64,000 nt of DNA from Candidatus Obscuribacteraceae bacterium (GTDB lineage Bacteria > Cyanobacteriota > Vampirovibrionia > Obscuribacterales > Obscuribacteraceae): contig JBGAHS010000011.1 in the NCBI GenBank assembly GCA_044226015.1, forward strand, positions 64,001-128,000. The letters run 5' to 3'. Below the pieces are notes generated by a model, which saw only the letters and a list, made by a program, of their open reading frames with translations, was not told the DNA's origin and searched no databases. This document shows positions 1 to 9,055 of the stretch, one piece after another. The position numbers and the translations under genes were made by a program. The stretch's first letter is position 1. Every line of letters begins with the position of its first letter.

Positions 1-69
1 AAAGAGAAAGAACCAGGTCCACCTGGAAATCATCTCTATTTCACTTGGTTTGTCATCTTTTGCGGCCAT
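1..69 (-). CDS. Partial (5' end) membrane protein continuing the respiratory operon; MAAKDDKPSEIEMISRWTWFFLF..., runs off the window
   Basis: ATG at 69-67 preceded by a GAGG RBS, 20 nt after the mvhD-like stop; frame open to position 1 and becoming hydrophobic. Confidence 0.6.
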   Translation of the reverse strand, partial: MAAKDDKPSEIEMISRWTWFFLF

Positions 70-89
70 GGCGTCCTCTAGTTCCTTAC

Positions 90-485
90 TTATTTAGCGT
101 CTTGAGCTGGCAATTTATCAACTACTTCGCTGAAGCTTTTAACTTCCTGGAGCAATCTTTGCGGTTGCATTCTGGACAACCACAAACCGATAACACGGCG
201 TCTATCTGTTGCCTTTTTCAGGGTTGGCGGACGAACGCCAAGCAGACGATCGCGAATCATTTTATTGCCTTCGCGGAAGTAGCAGTCACCAATTTGGCAA
301 CCAGTAACGACTACTCCGTCAGCACCATTTTTCAAAGCAGCCTCAATCATCAACGGCTGAATCATGCCAGAGCATGGAAACTTAACGACATAGCAACCTG
401 GCATGTCCTTAAGCTGGCTCTTCGAATCCATGATGTTAGTCAGGTCGCAAGAGCGTTCGCAGATCAGTGTCATTATCTTTGGCAT
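90..485 (-). CDS. MvhD/FlpD-family hydrogenase iron-sulfur subunit D-like [2Fe-2S] protein
   Basis: Motifs ICERS, FPCSGMI, GADGVVVTGCQIGDCYFREGN are typical of MvhD. Confidence 0.88.
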   Translation of the reverse strand: MPKIMTLICERSCDLTNIMDSKSQLKDMPGCYVVKFPCSGMIQPLMIEAALKNGADGVVVTGCQIGDCYFREGNKMIRDRLLGVRPPTLKKATDRRRVIGLWLSRMQPQRLLQEVKSFSEVVDKLPAQDAK

Positions 486-494
486 ATCGGCATC

Positions 495-1676
495 CTAGGA
501 TTGAGTAAGAAGAGCTTTGATCTTATTTGTAACTTCAGCATCTGGCTGCTCAGGCAAGTCGATTGCATCGAAAGCACAAGCTCCAACACAAAGTCCACAA
601 CCAGAACAACGGAATGGAATTACAGTAGCGCGCAGTTTGAAACGAGAGCCGGCAGGTGCTGGCACCATTTCGATAGCTTCGTAAGGGCAATCTTTGTCGC
701 ACAACGAGCATCCAGTGCATTTGTTGTCGACGACTGTGGCAGGGTCAAATGGATCGAGCTTGCCGGAAGCGCCTTCAACTAGGAATGGCATCGGAAGGAA
801 TGTGATCAACAAAGTACCGAGAATAATCACGACCCAGAAAGTCATTGGCGACATCTGTGTCAGCATCCAGTATGGGAAAAGGAAGAACCAATCAACATCA
901 AACGCATTTGGTTGTGTTGTGAGGTTAGCCATCTTGCCCATAGTGATTGGGTTGAAGAACACCACCATCAAAACAATCGCCATAAGAGCGTACTGAATCA
1001 CTGGAGGAGCAGTGAGCACTGGGCGAGCCATGCGCACATAGTGCAACCACAAACCGAAGATCAGGAAGAACGACATACCAATGTGGATGAACAGGAAGTT
1101 TGAAAGTGTGAGGTTGGTGATAGCGTTACCGTTTAAGAACCAGGCTTTCAGACCAGGTCCGATAACTGGCAATTGTTCGAAAGCGCTAACGCTCATACGG
1201 CAGAGAACCAGCGAGCGCTCATCCCAAACCAGGTAATATCCGGTTTGACCGATGAATAGCACAATGAGGAAAAGCACGATACCAGTGAACCATTGCAACC
1301 AACGGTATTGCCTATAACGGTCAGTCATCCACACGCGCAAGGCGTGTAAGACGATGGTGAGCACCATCGCATCACCAGCATATCGGTGAATGCCACGCAC
1401 CACATTGCCGAATGGAATCTTATTAGTAATGTAATCAACGGAAGTGAACGCGTTGATCAAATTGCTCGCCGAGTATGCACTATCAATCGTTGGAATGTAA
1501 TAGGCAAACAAGAGCAAGCCTGACAGAAACAAAACCCACAAGAAGAATTGGGGCAGAGCTCCGTGGTAATAGAAAGGATTGTATTTGCTCGTGAGCACCA
1601 TGTTGGTGGCATGCTCGAGCGGCAATCCTATTGTTTTGTTTAGCGCGTCTGTATAGACCTTTTGCTGCTGCGACAT
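495..1676 (-). CDS. Cytochrome b (four heme-ligand His) fused to a C-terminal 2x[4Fe-4S] ferredoxin domain
   Basis: H97/H111 (RGIHRYAGDAMVLTIVLH), H198/H212, TGYYLVW, DWFFL; C-terminal CTGCSLCDKDCP and CSGCGLCVGACA. Confidence 0.9.
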   Translation of the reverse strand: MSQQQKVYTDALNKTIGLPLEHATNMVLTSKYNPFYYHGALPQFFLWVLFLSGLLLFAYYIPTIDSAYSASNLINAFTSVDYITNKIPFGNVVRGIHRYAGDAMVLTIVLHALRVWMTDRYRQYRWLQWFTGIVLFLIVLFIGQTGYYLVWDERSLVLCRMSVSAFEQLPVIGPGLKAWFLNGNAITNLTLSNFLFIHIGMSFFLIFGLWLHYVRMARPVLTAPPVIQYALMAIVLMVVFFNPITMGKMANLTTQPNAFDVDWFFLFPYWMLTQMSPMTFWVVIILGTLLITFLPMPFLVEGASGKLDPFDPATVVDNKCTGCSLCDKDCPYEAIEMVPAPAGSRFKLRATVIPFRCSGCGLCVGACAFDAIDLPEQPDAEVTNKIKALLTQS

Positions 1677-1706
1677 CTATCGACTACCTTTTACTTTACC
1701 CTTCAA

Positions 1707-2222
1707 CTACTTTTTAACTGGCAGAATTGTTTTTTCTTCGGCACCCCAACGACCCATCGCTTGAATAGCGACTGCGCCGAGGAAAAGAGCGACTCCTAAA
1801 AACAATGCATAAGCGTTGTAGACATAGTTTTTGTCTACTTGCAGCAGATCAAGAATCGTTTTGAGATTCTGCTCGCCGAGATTTTGCTGAATGTCTTTTA
1901 CGACTTGCTCACCATATTTGTCGCCGTTGGTTGCAACGATTTGAGCTTTCCAGTTTTTCATTACATCAGCATTTTGTGCGTCAGGAGCTGGCTTAGGACC
2001 AGGCAACATGCCGAGCATCTGAATTCCAAAACCTGCATATTGATTCATCAGCTCTGGAATTCGAACACAAGACTCACCTGACTCGCGTTTTTCCGGGAAA
2101 ACTTGAGCTGGTAAAAGCTCAGCCGCTGGCAAAAACACGAGGCTTGCTACAAGCACGCCAACCGCTGCCAAGAGGCAGAGTCCCATGCTCATAGGGTCTG
2201 GTTTTCTTTCTTCAGGACCCAT
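1707..2222 (-). CDS. Hypothetical 2-TM membrane protein in the bc/cbb3 operon
   Basis: Hydrophobic N- and C-terminal segments; tightly packed in the operon (3 nt from the upstream gene). Confidence 0.7.
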   Translation of the reverse strand: MGPEERKPDPMSMGLCLLAAVGVLVASLVFLPAAELLPAQVFPEKRESGESCVRIPELMNQYAGFGIQMLGMLPGPKPAPDAQNADVMKNWKAQIVATNGDKYGEQVVKDIQQNLGEQNLKTILDLLQVDKNYVYNAYALFLGVALFLGAVAIQAMGRWGAEEKTILPVKK

Positions 2223-2225
2223 TTC

Positions 2226-2555
2226 TTACTCCCTTCCTTCGCTCTTGTCGCCGTTATTGAGATCGTTTCCGACCTTCTTCTCAATGGAATTATTTTTTCT
2301 TTCGTTCAAAGATTTCTCTATTTTTTCAAACAGATCTATGCGCTTGCGCAGATTGCCTTTCTTCTTCTCTTCGACATAGATGTAGTAAGCCTGCACCATG
2401 ACAAAGAAGATAGTAGCGGCAGTTCCACCGATCAGGACACCCCAGTCGCCCAAGCCCCCACTCTGATTGACTTGCCTCCACCCGGCGAAGAACCAGGAGA
2501 GAGCAACAACCGAAGCGGCAAATATGGTGAGTTTGAGCGACCAGTGCATAGTCAT
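2226..2555 (-). CDS. Hypothetical small 2-TM membrane protein with a charged tail
   Basis: Two hydrophobic helices then a Lys/Glu-rich tail; operon spacing; GAGG/AAGG RBS-like sequence upstream. Confidence 0.7.
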   Translation of the reverse strand: MTMHWSLKLTIFAASVVALSWFFAGWRQVNQSGGLGDWGVLIGGTAATIFFVMVQAYYIYVEEKKKGNLRKRIDLFEKIEKSLNERKNNSIEKKVGNDLNNGDKSEGRE

Positions 2556-2572
2556 GACCTTGCCTTACCTCA

Positions 2573-4429
2573 TCAGGATGCAGCTGGAGCTGCAGGTTCT
2601 GGGGTAGGCGCCGCAGGAGCTGGAGCTGGTGGTGTCTTGAACTTCGGCAGCATGACGAAACATGCCACTGTGGTTGCAGCACCTACAGCCATCCAGATCC
2701 AATCGATTTCAGGAACGGCTAGCGGATATGGTGCACCAGACACTGCTTTTTCCAGTCCTGGTGTCATGCGCTTGGTGAAGGTCAAATAGTCGAAACACCA
2801 ACGATTTTGCACCATGTAATCCAGGGTGTTCAGATATGGCACGGCTGTTGGCACGCCGTCTTTGCTGACGACCATGAAGCTAGGAATAGCTTTGAAGAGC
2901 GGGTCTAGCCAACCACCAGCGTCCGGAGCTGTAACGAGTGCATACAAGTCTTGCACTTGTTTTTCGCCTGGGTAACCGTGAGTTGTCACCAACTCATGGT
3001 AGTTCCAGTAGCCCGGATTGTAATTAGGTTTATTGGCTGGGTCGCTGTCGATGAGCACTTTAACGAGTGCTTCCGCCTGCTCGCCCTTCGAGATGCTGCC
3101 CAATGTTTTGCATAGACCATAGGTCCAAGCTTGTGTCAGTGGGCTGAAGAACATTTCGGTGAGAGCCATGTAGTAGTACACAATTGCCCAGAATGTCTGG
3201 ATTGCTGCGGTAATACCCATGACGATACAACCTTTGGCAGCGACTGCTTTTTCCTGAACGGTCTTGAAGTCTTTACCGTAGACCCAGAGTTGCAGAAGTA
3301 TGCCGAGGTCAATCAATCCCCACAAGAATGAGCGCCAATATGGTGGGTCATTGTGGATGTTGGCGATGTTGACGATGATGAGTAGAGAGAACACGATCCA
3401 GCAAACGAAGCCCATCAAAGCAACGAAGAAAATAAGTGGACGCTTGTAAATGTCTTTCTCTGCACCGGTTGCCCATACATCTATGAAGGGCAGCAAAATA
3501 ACCGATATCGGAATGACCATTGTGATTTCAGTAGCAACTACGGGCTCGAGGTATTTGTACATCTGATACAAACCGAGGAAGTACCAGTCCGACAAAATCG
3601 GCAACGGAGTTACGTCAGGGTTGGAACGGTGTCCAAGAGCTGCTGGCATGATGATTGCAATAATCACGACCATCAATAGAACGACCATGCGTTTGGTCCA
3701 ATTAATTGGAATTCGCTTGAAGCCCGTTTTGTAGAAATACAGTTCGACGAAAATAAGTGGTATCGCCGAGAATGCCAGGTGGATAGAGAAGAATCTAGTA
3801 ATAGTTTCTTGCGTGATAGCGCCACCAGCGCCGAGCAAGAACTCTGCAGTGTTCCAACCGAGGTGAACTGATTTGACCAGAGGCAAATAGAAGTCACCCA
3901 TGAATGGGAACTGGTCCATGTACGTCGGGAACGTGGCGAATACCTTCGTAGCCCAAAACGCGCGCTGGTTCCAGATGAGCAGATATCCTGTAAGACCGGA
4001 ATACATAGAGAGGAGCAGAGTAATCAGCGCGATGGCTATATTGAACTCTTTTCCAGGTTTGTAGTCACCGCAAATGAACATGCGGTAAAGACGAATGGTA
4101 GCAGCGATAATCATCGCGTCGGCACCATACTTGTGACATCCTCTCCAGATGTTGCCGAATGGAATTTCGTGCTGAATATGCAGGATGGAGTCGAACGCAG
4201 CGGGCTTGGTCGGTACGTACCAGATGAAAAGAATACATCCAGTAGCCATGACCAGGAACCAGACCAGATAGAAGATTCCGCCTATGCAATAGAACGGATT
4301 CGTCTTGGCCTGCTCCGCATGGTGCTCGTCCATGATGTCGATATTGTTTAGCCGCGTGTTAATCCAGTCGCCAGCTTGCTTCATGAAGCCGGCCATACTG
4401 AATCCACTGGCGTTTGTTGTACTAGGCAA
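2573..4429 (-). CDS. Long cytochrome b (b6 + subunit IV-like fused, extra C-terminal TM/periplasmic region) lacking the heme bH ligands
   Basis: NPFYCIGG, RGCHKYGADAM, TGYLLIWNQRAFWA, RFFSIH, ILSDWYFL; overlaps the Rieske gene stop. Confidence 0.88.
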   Translation of the reverse strand: MPSTTNASGFSMAGFMKQAGDWINTRLNNIDIMDEHHAEQAKTNPFYCIGGIFYLVWFLVMATGCILFIWYVPTKPAAFDSILHIQHEIPFGNIWRGCHKYGADAMIIAATIRLYRMFICGDYKPGKEFNIAIALITLLLSMYSGLTGYLLIWNQRAFWATKVFATFPTYMDQFPFMGDFYLPLVKSVHLGWNTAEFLLGAGGAITQETITRFFSIHLAFSAIPLIFVELYFYKTGFKRIPINWTKRMVVLLMVVIIAIIMPAALGHRSNPDVTPLPILSDWYFLGLYQMYKYLEPVVATEITMVIPISVILLPFIDVWATGAEKDIYKRPLIFFVALMGFVCWIVFSLLIIVNIANIHNDPPYWRSFLWGLIDLGILLQLWVYGKDFKTVQEKAVAAKGCIVMGITAAIQTFWAIVYYYMALTEMFFSPLTQAWTYGLCKTLGSISKGEQAEALVKVLIDSDPANKPNYNPGYWNYHELVTTHGYPGEKQVQDLYALVTAPDAGGWLDPLFKAIPSFMVVSKDGVPTAVPYLNTLDYMVQNRWCFDYLTFTKRMTPGLEKAVSGAPYPLAVPEIDWIWMAVGAATTVACFVMLPKFKTPPAPAPAAPTPEPAAPAAS

Positions 4430-4979
4430 TTCCCCCGGCCTCCAGTGAAACGATACTTATTTTGTCCCCTTCTGTTTTCACAGTGAATTGTCTGGGTGGG
4501 CGAGGTGCTGGTCCTGAGACCACCTTGCCTCCCTGCGCAATGTCATAAACACTCAAATGGCAAGGGCAGGCGAATACCGGTCCTTGCGGTTTAAAGTTGT
4601 AGCCCTTCAAACACTCATCTGGATCCTTCACGAAATTGAAGATGCAACCCAGGTGAGGACAAATACGGCTGTACGCTACTACATCGCCGGTCGGCAGTTT
4701 AACTGCAAAACCAGGAATCTTGCGTACTTCCAGACCTTCAGGATTGTATTCCTTATATGATTGCGAAAACATGAATTGCAAACAGGTCCACTCTTCCGGG
4801 AAGTCTTTATTCGTGAAGGATACTTCTTCCAGCGCTTTAGGCTGGTCAGATGGACCAAGAATGTCCATCGGCTTGATGGTCGGTCTTAGATAACGCATGA
4901 ATGGCGAAAGCAGTAGCCCGAACGTTGCAGCAAGTGGAATTGCTGCCATAAAAGATCTCCTAGTTGTTCCCTCAGCCAT
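4422..4979 (-). CDS. petC: Rieske [2Fe-2S] subunit of a cytochrome bc complex
   Basis: Tat motif TRRSFM; CPHLGC and CPCHLSVY boxes; GPAPRPP. Confidence 0.92.
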   Translation of the reverse strand: MAEGTTRRSFMAAIPLAATFGLLLSPFMRYLRPTIKPMDILGPSDQPKALEEVSFTNKDFPEEWTCLQFMFSQSYKEYNPEGLEVRKIPGFAVKLPTGDVVAYSRICPHLGCIFNFVKDPDECLKGYNFKPQGPVFACPCHLSVYDIAQGGKVVSGPAPRPPRQFTVKTEGDKISIVSLEAGGIA

Positions 4980-5022
4980 AAATTCGTTCCTCTTAATACC
5001 CGTTGAAAAGACCTTCTAAATT

Positions 5023-6021
5023 CTAGTGAGTTTTGTCTTCGAGTTTTCCGTTTATTACATTCTTTGGACTTTCTGCTTGACCGGCATTGTCGTTGTGCGG
5101 AGCATCAGCTTTCTTTTCCAGGTCACTCTTTGTTTCCTGGTCAGGAGTTCCGCCGGTTGAGGTCTCGGTTCCAGTAGCTCCAGTCGCTTCCTCAGGAGTC
5201 TTGGTGGTGTTTTCGCCAGCGTCTTTCGGCTTATCAGATGTTCCAGCAGCTGCTGGAGCTTTAGGAGCGGCCGTAGCGGCAGAGGCAACTTCAGTTGTTG
5301 CAGCATTGCTAACATGGAAGTTACGTACATAAGCGACTAGCTTCTTGATGTAAGCATGGTCGAATTTTACGTTCTTCTTCTTGTCGGTTTTGCCGAGGAA
5401 GTTAGGCATGCCTTCCCACTTGATGCCGTTAGCGATGTGATCGAACAGAGTGTCATCTGTTCTGTCATAAAAGCGTTGGAAAGTCTGGAAGTTTGCTGGG
5501 TTTGGCTCGAGGTTGCGAGCCAGAGGACCGTCGCCATCACCCTTGGTGCCATGGCACACAGCGCAATTAGAACCAAATACAGCATTAACTTCGTCAATTT
5601 CGCCTTGAGTCAGCGGAGGGCAGCCCAGCGAACGAGCATAGAATACGAGGTTCCATGTGTCTTTCGGGCTGATCTTGCCTTGCATATGATGCTGGTCAAG
5701 CTTTCCGTAAGTAAGCGCCTTGTACAGATCAACTGGTTTGACCATCGCCATATAGCGATGATCGTTTACTGCAGCTTTAGCGCCTTCAGGCTTAGTGCCA
5801 CCATCTGCGCCATGGCAGGAAGCACAATTCTGCTTCTCCCAGACCACCTTACCATCTGGAATAGACGGTCTGTCGTCAGGATAGACAATGGTGTCAGTTG
5901 GAGCCAGAGTTTGATTGACGCTGATCAGAGGGTCTGTCAGAGCCACCTTCGTCTCTGTCTGCCCGCAAGATGCGAGAGCAAAGACTACTGGAATTAGGGG
6001 AAGAGTTTTAGTGAGTTTCAT
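5023..6021 (-). CDS. Diheme cytochrome c lipoprotein with a low-complexity tail
   Basis: Lipobox LASC; heme motifs CASCH and CAVCH; distal Met candidates (HHM, GMPNF). Confidence 0.85.
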   Translation of the reverse strand: MKLTKTLPLIPVVFALASCGQTETKVALTDPLISVNQTLAPTDTIVYPDDRPSIPDGKVVWEKQNCASCHGADGGTKPEGAKAAVNDHRYMAMVKPVDLYKALTYGKLDQHHMQGKISPKDTWNLVFYARSLGCPPLTQGEIDEVNAVFGSNCAVCHGTKGDGDGPLARNLEPNPANFQTFQRFYDRTDDTLFDHIANGIKWEGMPNFLGKTDKKKNVKFDHAYIKKLVAYVRNFHVSNAATTEVASAATAAPKAPAAAGTSDKPKDAGENTTKTPEEATGATGTETSTGGTPDQETKSDLEKKADAPHNDNAGQAESPKNVINGKLEDKTH

Positions 6022-6042
6022 TCGAATTGCCTTCAGTCCTCA

Positions 6043-6228
6043 TTAATATCCAAAGAAGGGGACCCAAGAGGTCAGAGCCCACGTCACAATCAAGAAGAAG
6101 ATAACGATGAGTGAGAGTGGGGGCGGTCCTTCGCCAACACGATACTCAGCAACTTCTTCATAGTGCTCTTCAGGCACCACCGAGTTCGGTGCTGCTGGCT
6201 TTGGAGTAGCTTTTACTTCGTCAGCCAC
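6043..6228 (-). CDS. Small single-TM protein resembling the CcoP/FixP N-terminal helix
   Basis: GTG start with GGAG RBS; EEVAEY...PPPLSLIVIFFLIVTWA resembles the FixP_N pattern (GIxEYDNPLPxWW..F..IVWA). Confidence 0.6.
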   Translation of the reverse strand: MADEVKATPKPAAPNSVVPEEHYEEVAEYRVGEGPPPLSLIVIFFLIVTWALTSWVPFFGY

Positions 6229-6244
6229 GACAATATCTCCTTAT

Positions 6245-6487
6245 TTACTCAGCTTGGGCTTTGGCGCGAACTACATCTATACGGGCTTTGGCGATGGATG
6301 AAAGACCAACTTCCTCTCCGTCGTCAAGCATATCGAATTTCGAAGATTCCATATCTTCAAACTCGCCGTTTCTGAAAGCCCACCACATTGCTGCGATCGC
6401 GATCAAAAAGAACAACATGCAAACACCGTAGGCTACGTACACGCCTGGCTGCAAACCAGCCTGGTTTAGTAGGCAATTTGGACACAT
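6245..6487 (-). CDS. ccoS: cbb3-type oxidase maturation protein CcoS/FixS with an N-terminal CPNC extension
   Basis: TM helix followed by WWAFRNGEFEDME (FixS WAxxxGQFDD signature); located next to ccoO. Confidence 0.75.
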   Translation of the reverse strand: MCPNCLLNQAGLQPGVYVAYGVCMLFFLIAIAAMWWAFRNGEFEDMESSKFDMLDDGEEVGLSSIAKARIDVVRAKAQAE

Positions 6488-6489
6488 GA

Positions 6490-7599
6490 TTAATGCCCTC
6501 CTGCTGGTGCTGGTGCATCGGTGTGCACGACAGGAGCCGGCGCACCCAAGCCCTTAGTCAAGCTTGCTGGTGGATTTGTGATGGTAGAACTATTGTCCGG
6601 GTTCTTCGTGCCATCGCTGTTGTCTTCCCAATAAGTGGATTCCACAACAGACTCACCTGGTTCAGGTGCAGACTCAGCAGAACCGCTCTTCGGTTCATAA
6701 ACCTGGTTAGACAAACGTGGCAGCCTGGTTGGTTCGACCTTGTTAAGCTGGTCAATATTATTGACTGTCTCTTCGTGGTCTTTCTGCAATGTCTTCAGGT
6801 AAGCGACTAGGTACCACATTTGTTCTTCAGAGAGAATTTCGCCAAAGTGTGGCATGCGAGTACCGGCTACACCTTCTCTGATTCTGTAGAACCAAAAGGT
6901 ATCAGGATATTGCTTGAAGAAGTCTCTGGTGAAGTTAGCTGGTTTCTTCTCGAGGGTAATGGAGTTAGGACCATTTCCGCGACCTTCCAAACCATGGCAT
7001 ACTGCGCAGTTTTGCGTGTAGATACCACGACCAGCATTGGCAGCAGCATCAGCTTCAGTATCAACTTTCTTTCTTGCCAGAAACGCATCGTATTCTTCTG
7101 GAGCTTGAACGTAGGTTGTGACCTTACGGTTGTTGCCGAGTGATTGCAGGTAAGCAACCAGGTCGTTCATGTCGCGATCAGAAAGGAAGCTGAAACTTGG
7201 CATGATGGAACCTGGCTTCACAGCACGTGGCTGCACCAGGTGAGCCTTCTGCCACTCGGAAGCCATGCGAAGACCTTCGTTGGTCAAGTCAGGACCAGTA
7301 CGAGCAGTTCCTAATTGGTGAGGAGTTTCGTTAACATAGTCACCAGCCTTAACGAGTGGACCATAACCGCGGTCTTGCAAGCGAGTGAACTGCGTATGGC
7401 AGTAGAAACAACCCTCACGTACGTAGACCTGGCGACCACGCTCGGGGTCTGCGACCTTGGCAAATGGAGTCTCTTTATAAGCATTAGCAGATGACGTAAG
7501 CTTCGGATTGAAGAGCACCATCGGCAGTAGCACCGTCGCCGTAATAATGGCGAAGAAGGTGATGATGATACCAGTGGCGCCTAGGCGGTAACCGTTCAT
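6490..7599 (-). CDS. ccoO: cbb3-type cytochrome c oxidase subunit II fused to a second cytochrome c domain
   Basis: GRQVYVREGCFYCHTQ, GTARTGPDL, PGSIMPSF; second heme motif CAVCH ... GTRMPHF. Confidence 0.92.
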   Translation of the reverse strand: MNGYRLGATGIIITFFAIITATVLLPMVLFNPKLTSSANAYKETPFAKVADPERGRQVYVREGCFYCHTQFTRLQDRGYGPLVKAGDYVNETPHQLGTARTGPDLTNEGLRMASEWQKAHLVQPRAVKPGSIMPSFSFLSDRDMNDLVAYLQSLGNNRKVTTYVQAPEEYDAFLARKKVDTEADAAANAGRGIYTQNCAVCHGLEGRGNGPNSITLEKKPANFTRDFFKQYPDTFWFYRIREGVAGTRMPHFGEILSEEQMWYLVAYLKTLQKDHEETVNNIDQLNKVEPTRLPRLSNQVYEPKSGSAESAPEPGESVVESTYWEDNSDGTKNPDNSSTITNPPASLTKGLGAPAPVVHTDAPAPAGGH

Positions 7600-7600
7600 T

Positions 7601-8989
7601 TTAAGCCTTTACCTCCTGAACTTTAGCCTTCTGAGCTGTAGCTGACGACTTGGAGTAAAGTGTCTTCCAAGCGTTATAGCCGAATAGGACTTGACCCAGA
7701 ACGATCATGATTCCGCTGATGGAACGAAGAATCCAGTAAGGCTTCAGTTCGGTTCCCCACAGATCCACTGGAATGGCGTGGTGCCAGCCAGCTGATTGAA
7801 TCAGACCTGCCACAGTCAATGAAGACATCATGAGTCCAAAGCCTGCGGTCTTGAGCCACCAATGTGCCCGGATAAGTCCCTGACTATGCCATTCTCTTCC
7901 GGTGAGCCTGGGCAATCCATAATATATAGATGCGACTGTGATGAATGAGAAGGTTCCAAGAAGTGCAAGGTGAGCATGTCCGACCACCCATTGTGTGAAG
8001 TGGAGGTACCAGTTAACCCAACGAGTTGCTTGGAAAGGACCTTGCGTACAAGTAATCAAATAGAAGATGTTTGATGTGAGCACAAAGCGCAGTGGGATGT
8101 CAGTCACGCACATCTGCCATTTGCCTTTCATGGTCATGAAGAAGTTCGTAAGAACGGTCATAACTGGTACGAGCAAAAATACTGACGAGATGATCGCGAT
8201 AGCTTTCAACCACTCAGGTACAGGAGACTGGGTGATGTGGTGTGTGCCGGTAGGCGCGTAGAAGAGAGCGATGCCCCAGAATCCCAACATGGAGAGTCCG
8301 TGGCTGTAGAGTGGGTTCTGAGTGATACGTGGTAGCAGGTAGTACATCATGCCTACGCCCACTGTCGTGAACCACATACCGAGAATGTTGTGTCCGTAGA
8401 ACCATCCGATGATGGCATCGTTCAAACCTGGGAGAGCAACGAAGGTTCTCTGCCCGATGATGTAGACCAGAGGAAACCAAAAAAGCGCTCCGAGAAAATA
8501 CCAGAGCGACACATAGAGCTTTTTGATTTTGCGATTTACGACGGTCATATATAGATTGAGCGCCGTACAAATTAGTGCCACCACTACGAGACAGTCGAGA
8601 ATGGCACCTAACTCTGCGTACTCACGACCTTCCGTGAACCCGTTCAACAGCGTGCACATCGCACCGACCATCAACAAATTCCACGCCCACATGGTGAAGT
8701 TGCCGAGGCGTTCACTCCAGAGCTTTGATTTGGTGAGTGATGGAATCATGTAGAACATTGAACCTACATAACCCATCGACAGCCAACCTATGGCCACCGT
8801 GTTCACGTGCCACATACGTAAATGGGGCATCGAGAGCTGGGGCACATTGTGGACCAGGTCTGGGAAAGAGAACTCGAGTCCGGCAAGCATTCCGGCTCCC
8901 ATTCCTAAAATGGACCAGAAAATTGCGGAAAGGATGAAATTGCGCGCCGCGCTTCCCTCCCTGTCGCTTAATAGCCTGTCAACTAACAT
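7601..8989 (-). CDS. ccoN: cbb3-type (C-family) heme-copper oxidase subunit I
   Basis: RMWHVN, EGREYAE, WFYGHN, FYAPTGTHH, HFTQWVVGHAH; about 12 TM segments. Confidence 0.95.
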   Translation of the reverse strand: MLVDRLLSDREGSAARNFILSAIFWSILGMGAGMLAGLEFSFPDLVHNVPQLSMPHLRMWHVNTVAIGWLSMGYVGSMFYMIPSLTKSKLWSERLGNFTMWAWNLLMVGAMCTLLNGFTEGREYAELGAILDCLVVVALICTALNLYMTVVNRKIKKLYVSLWYFLGALFWFPLVYIIGQRTFVALPGLNDAIIGWFYGHNILGMWFTTVGVGMMYYLLPRITQNPLYSHGLSMLGFWGIALFYAPTGTHHITQSPVPEWLKAIAIISSVFLLVPVMTVLTNFFMTMKGKWQMCVTDIPLRFVLTSNIFYLITCTQGPFQATRWVNWYLHFTQWVVGHAHLALLGTFSFITVASIYYGLPRLTGREWHSQGLIRAHWWLKTAGFGLMMSSLTVAGLIQSAGWHHAIPVDLWGTELKPYWILRSISGIMIVLGQVLFGYNAWKTLYSKSSATAQKAKVQEVKA

Positions 8990-9024
8990 GAACTAACCTC
9001 TGCTTGAGATTTCCAAAATTTGGC

Positions 9025-9055
9025 AATGCGAATGGCTCATTCCAACATTCGCATT
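9025..9055. promoter_or_regulatory. Perfect 10-bp inverted repeat in the ccoN leader
   Basis: AATGCGAATG-N11-CATTCGCATT, 35 nt upstream of the ccoN ATG. Confidence 0.5.

Noticed and set aside
45..782. 245-aa plus-strand ORF
   Set aside because: Antisense shadow of the mvhD-like and cyt b-ferredoxin genes; no recognisable motifs
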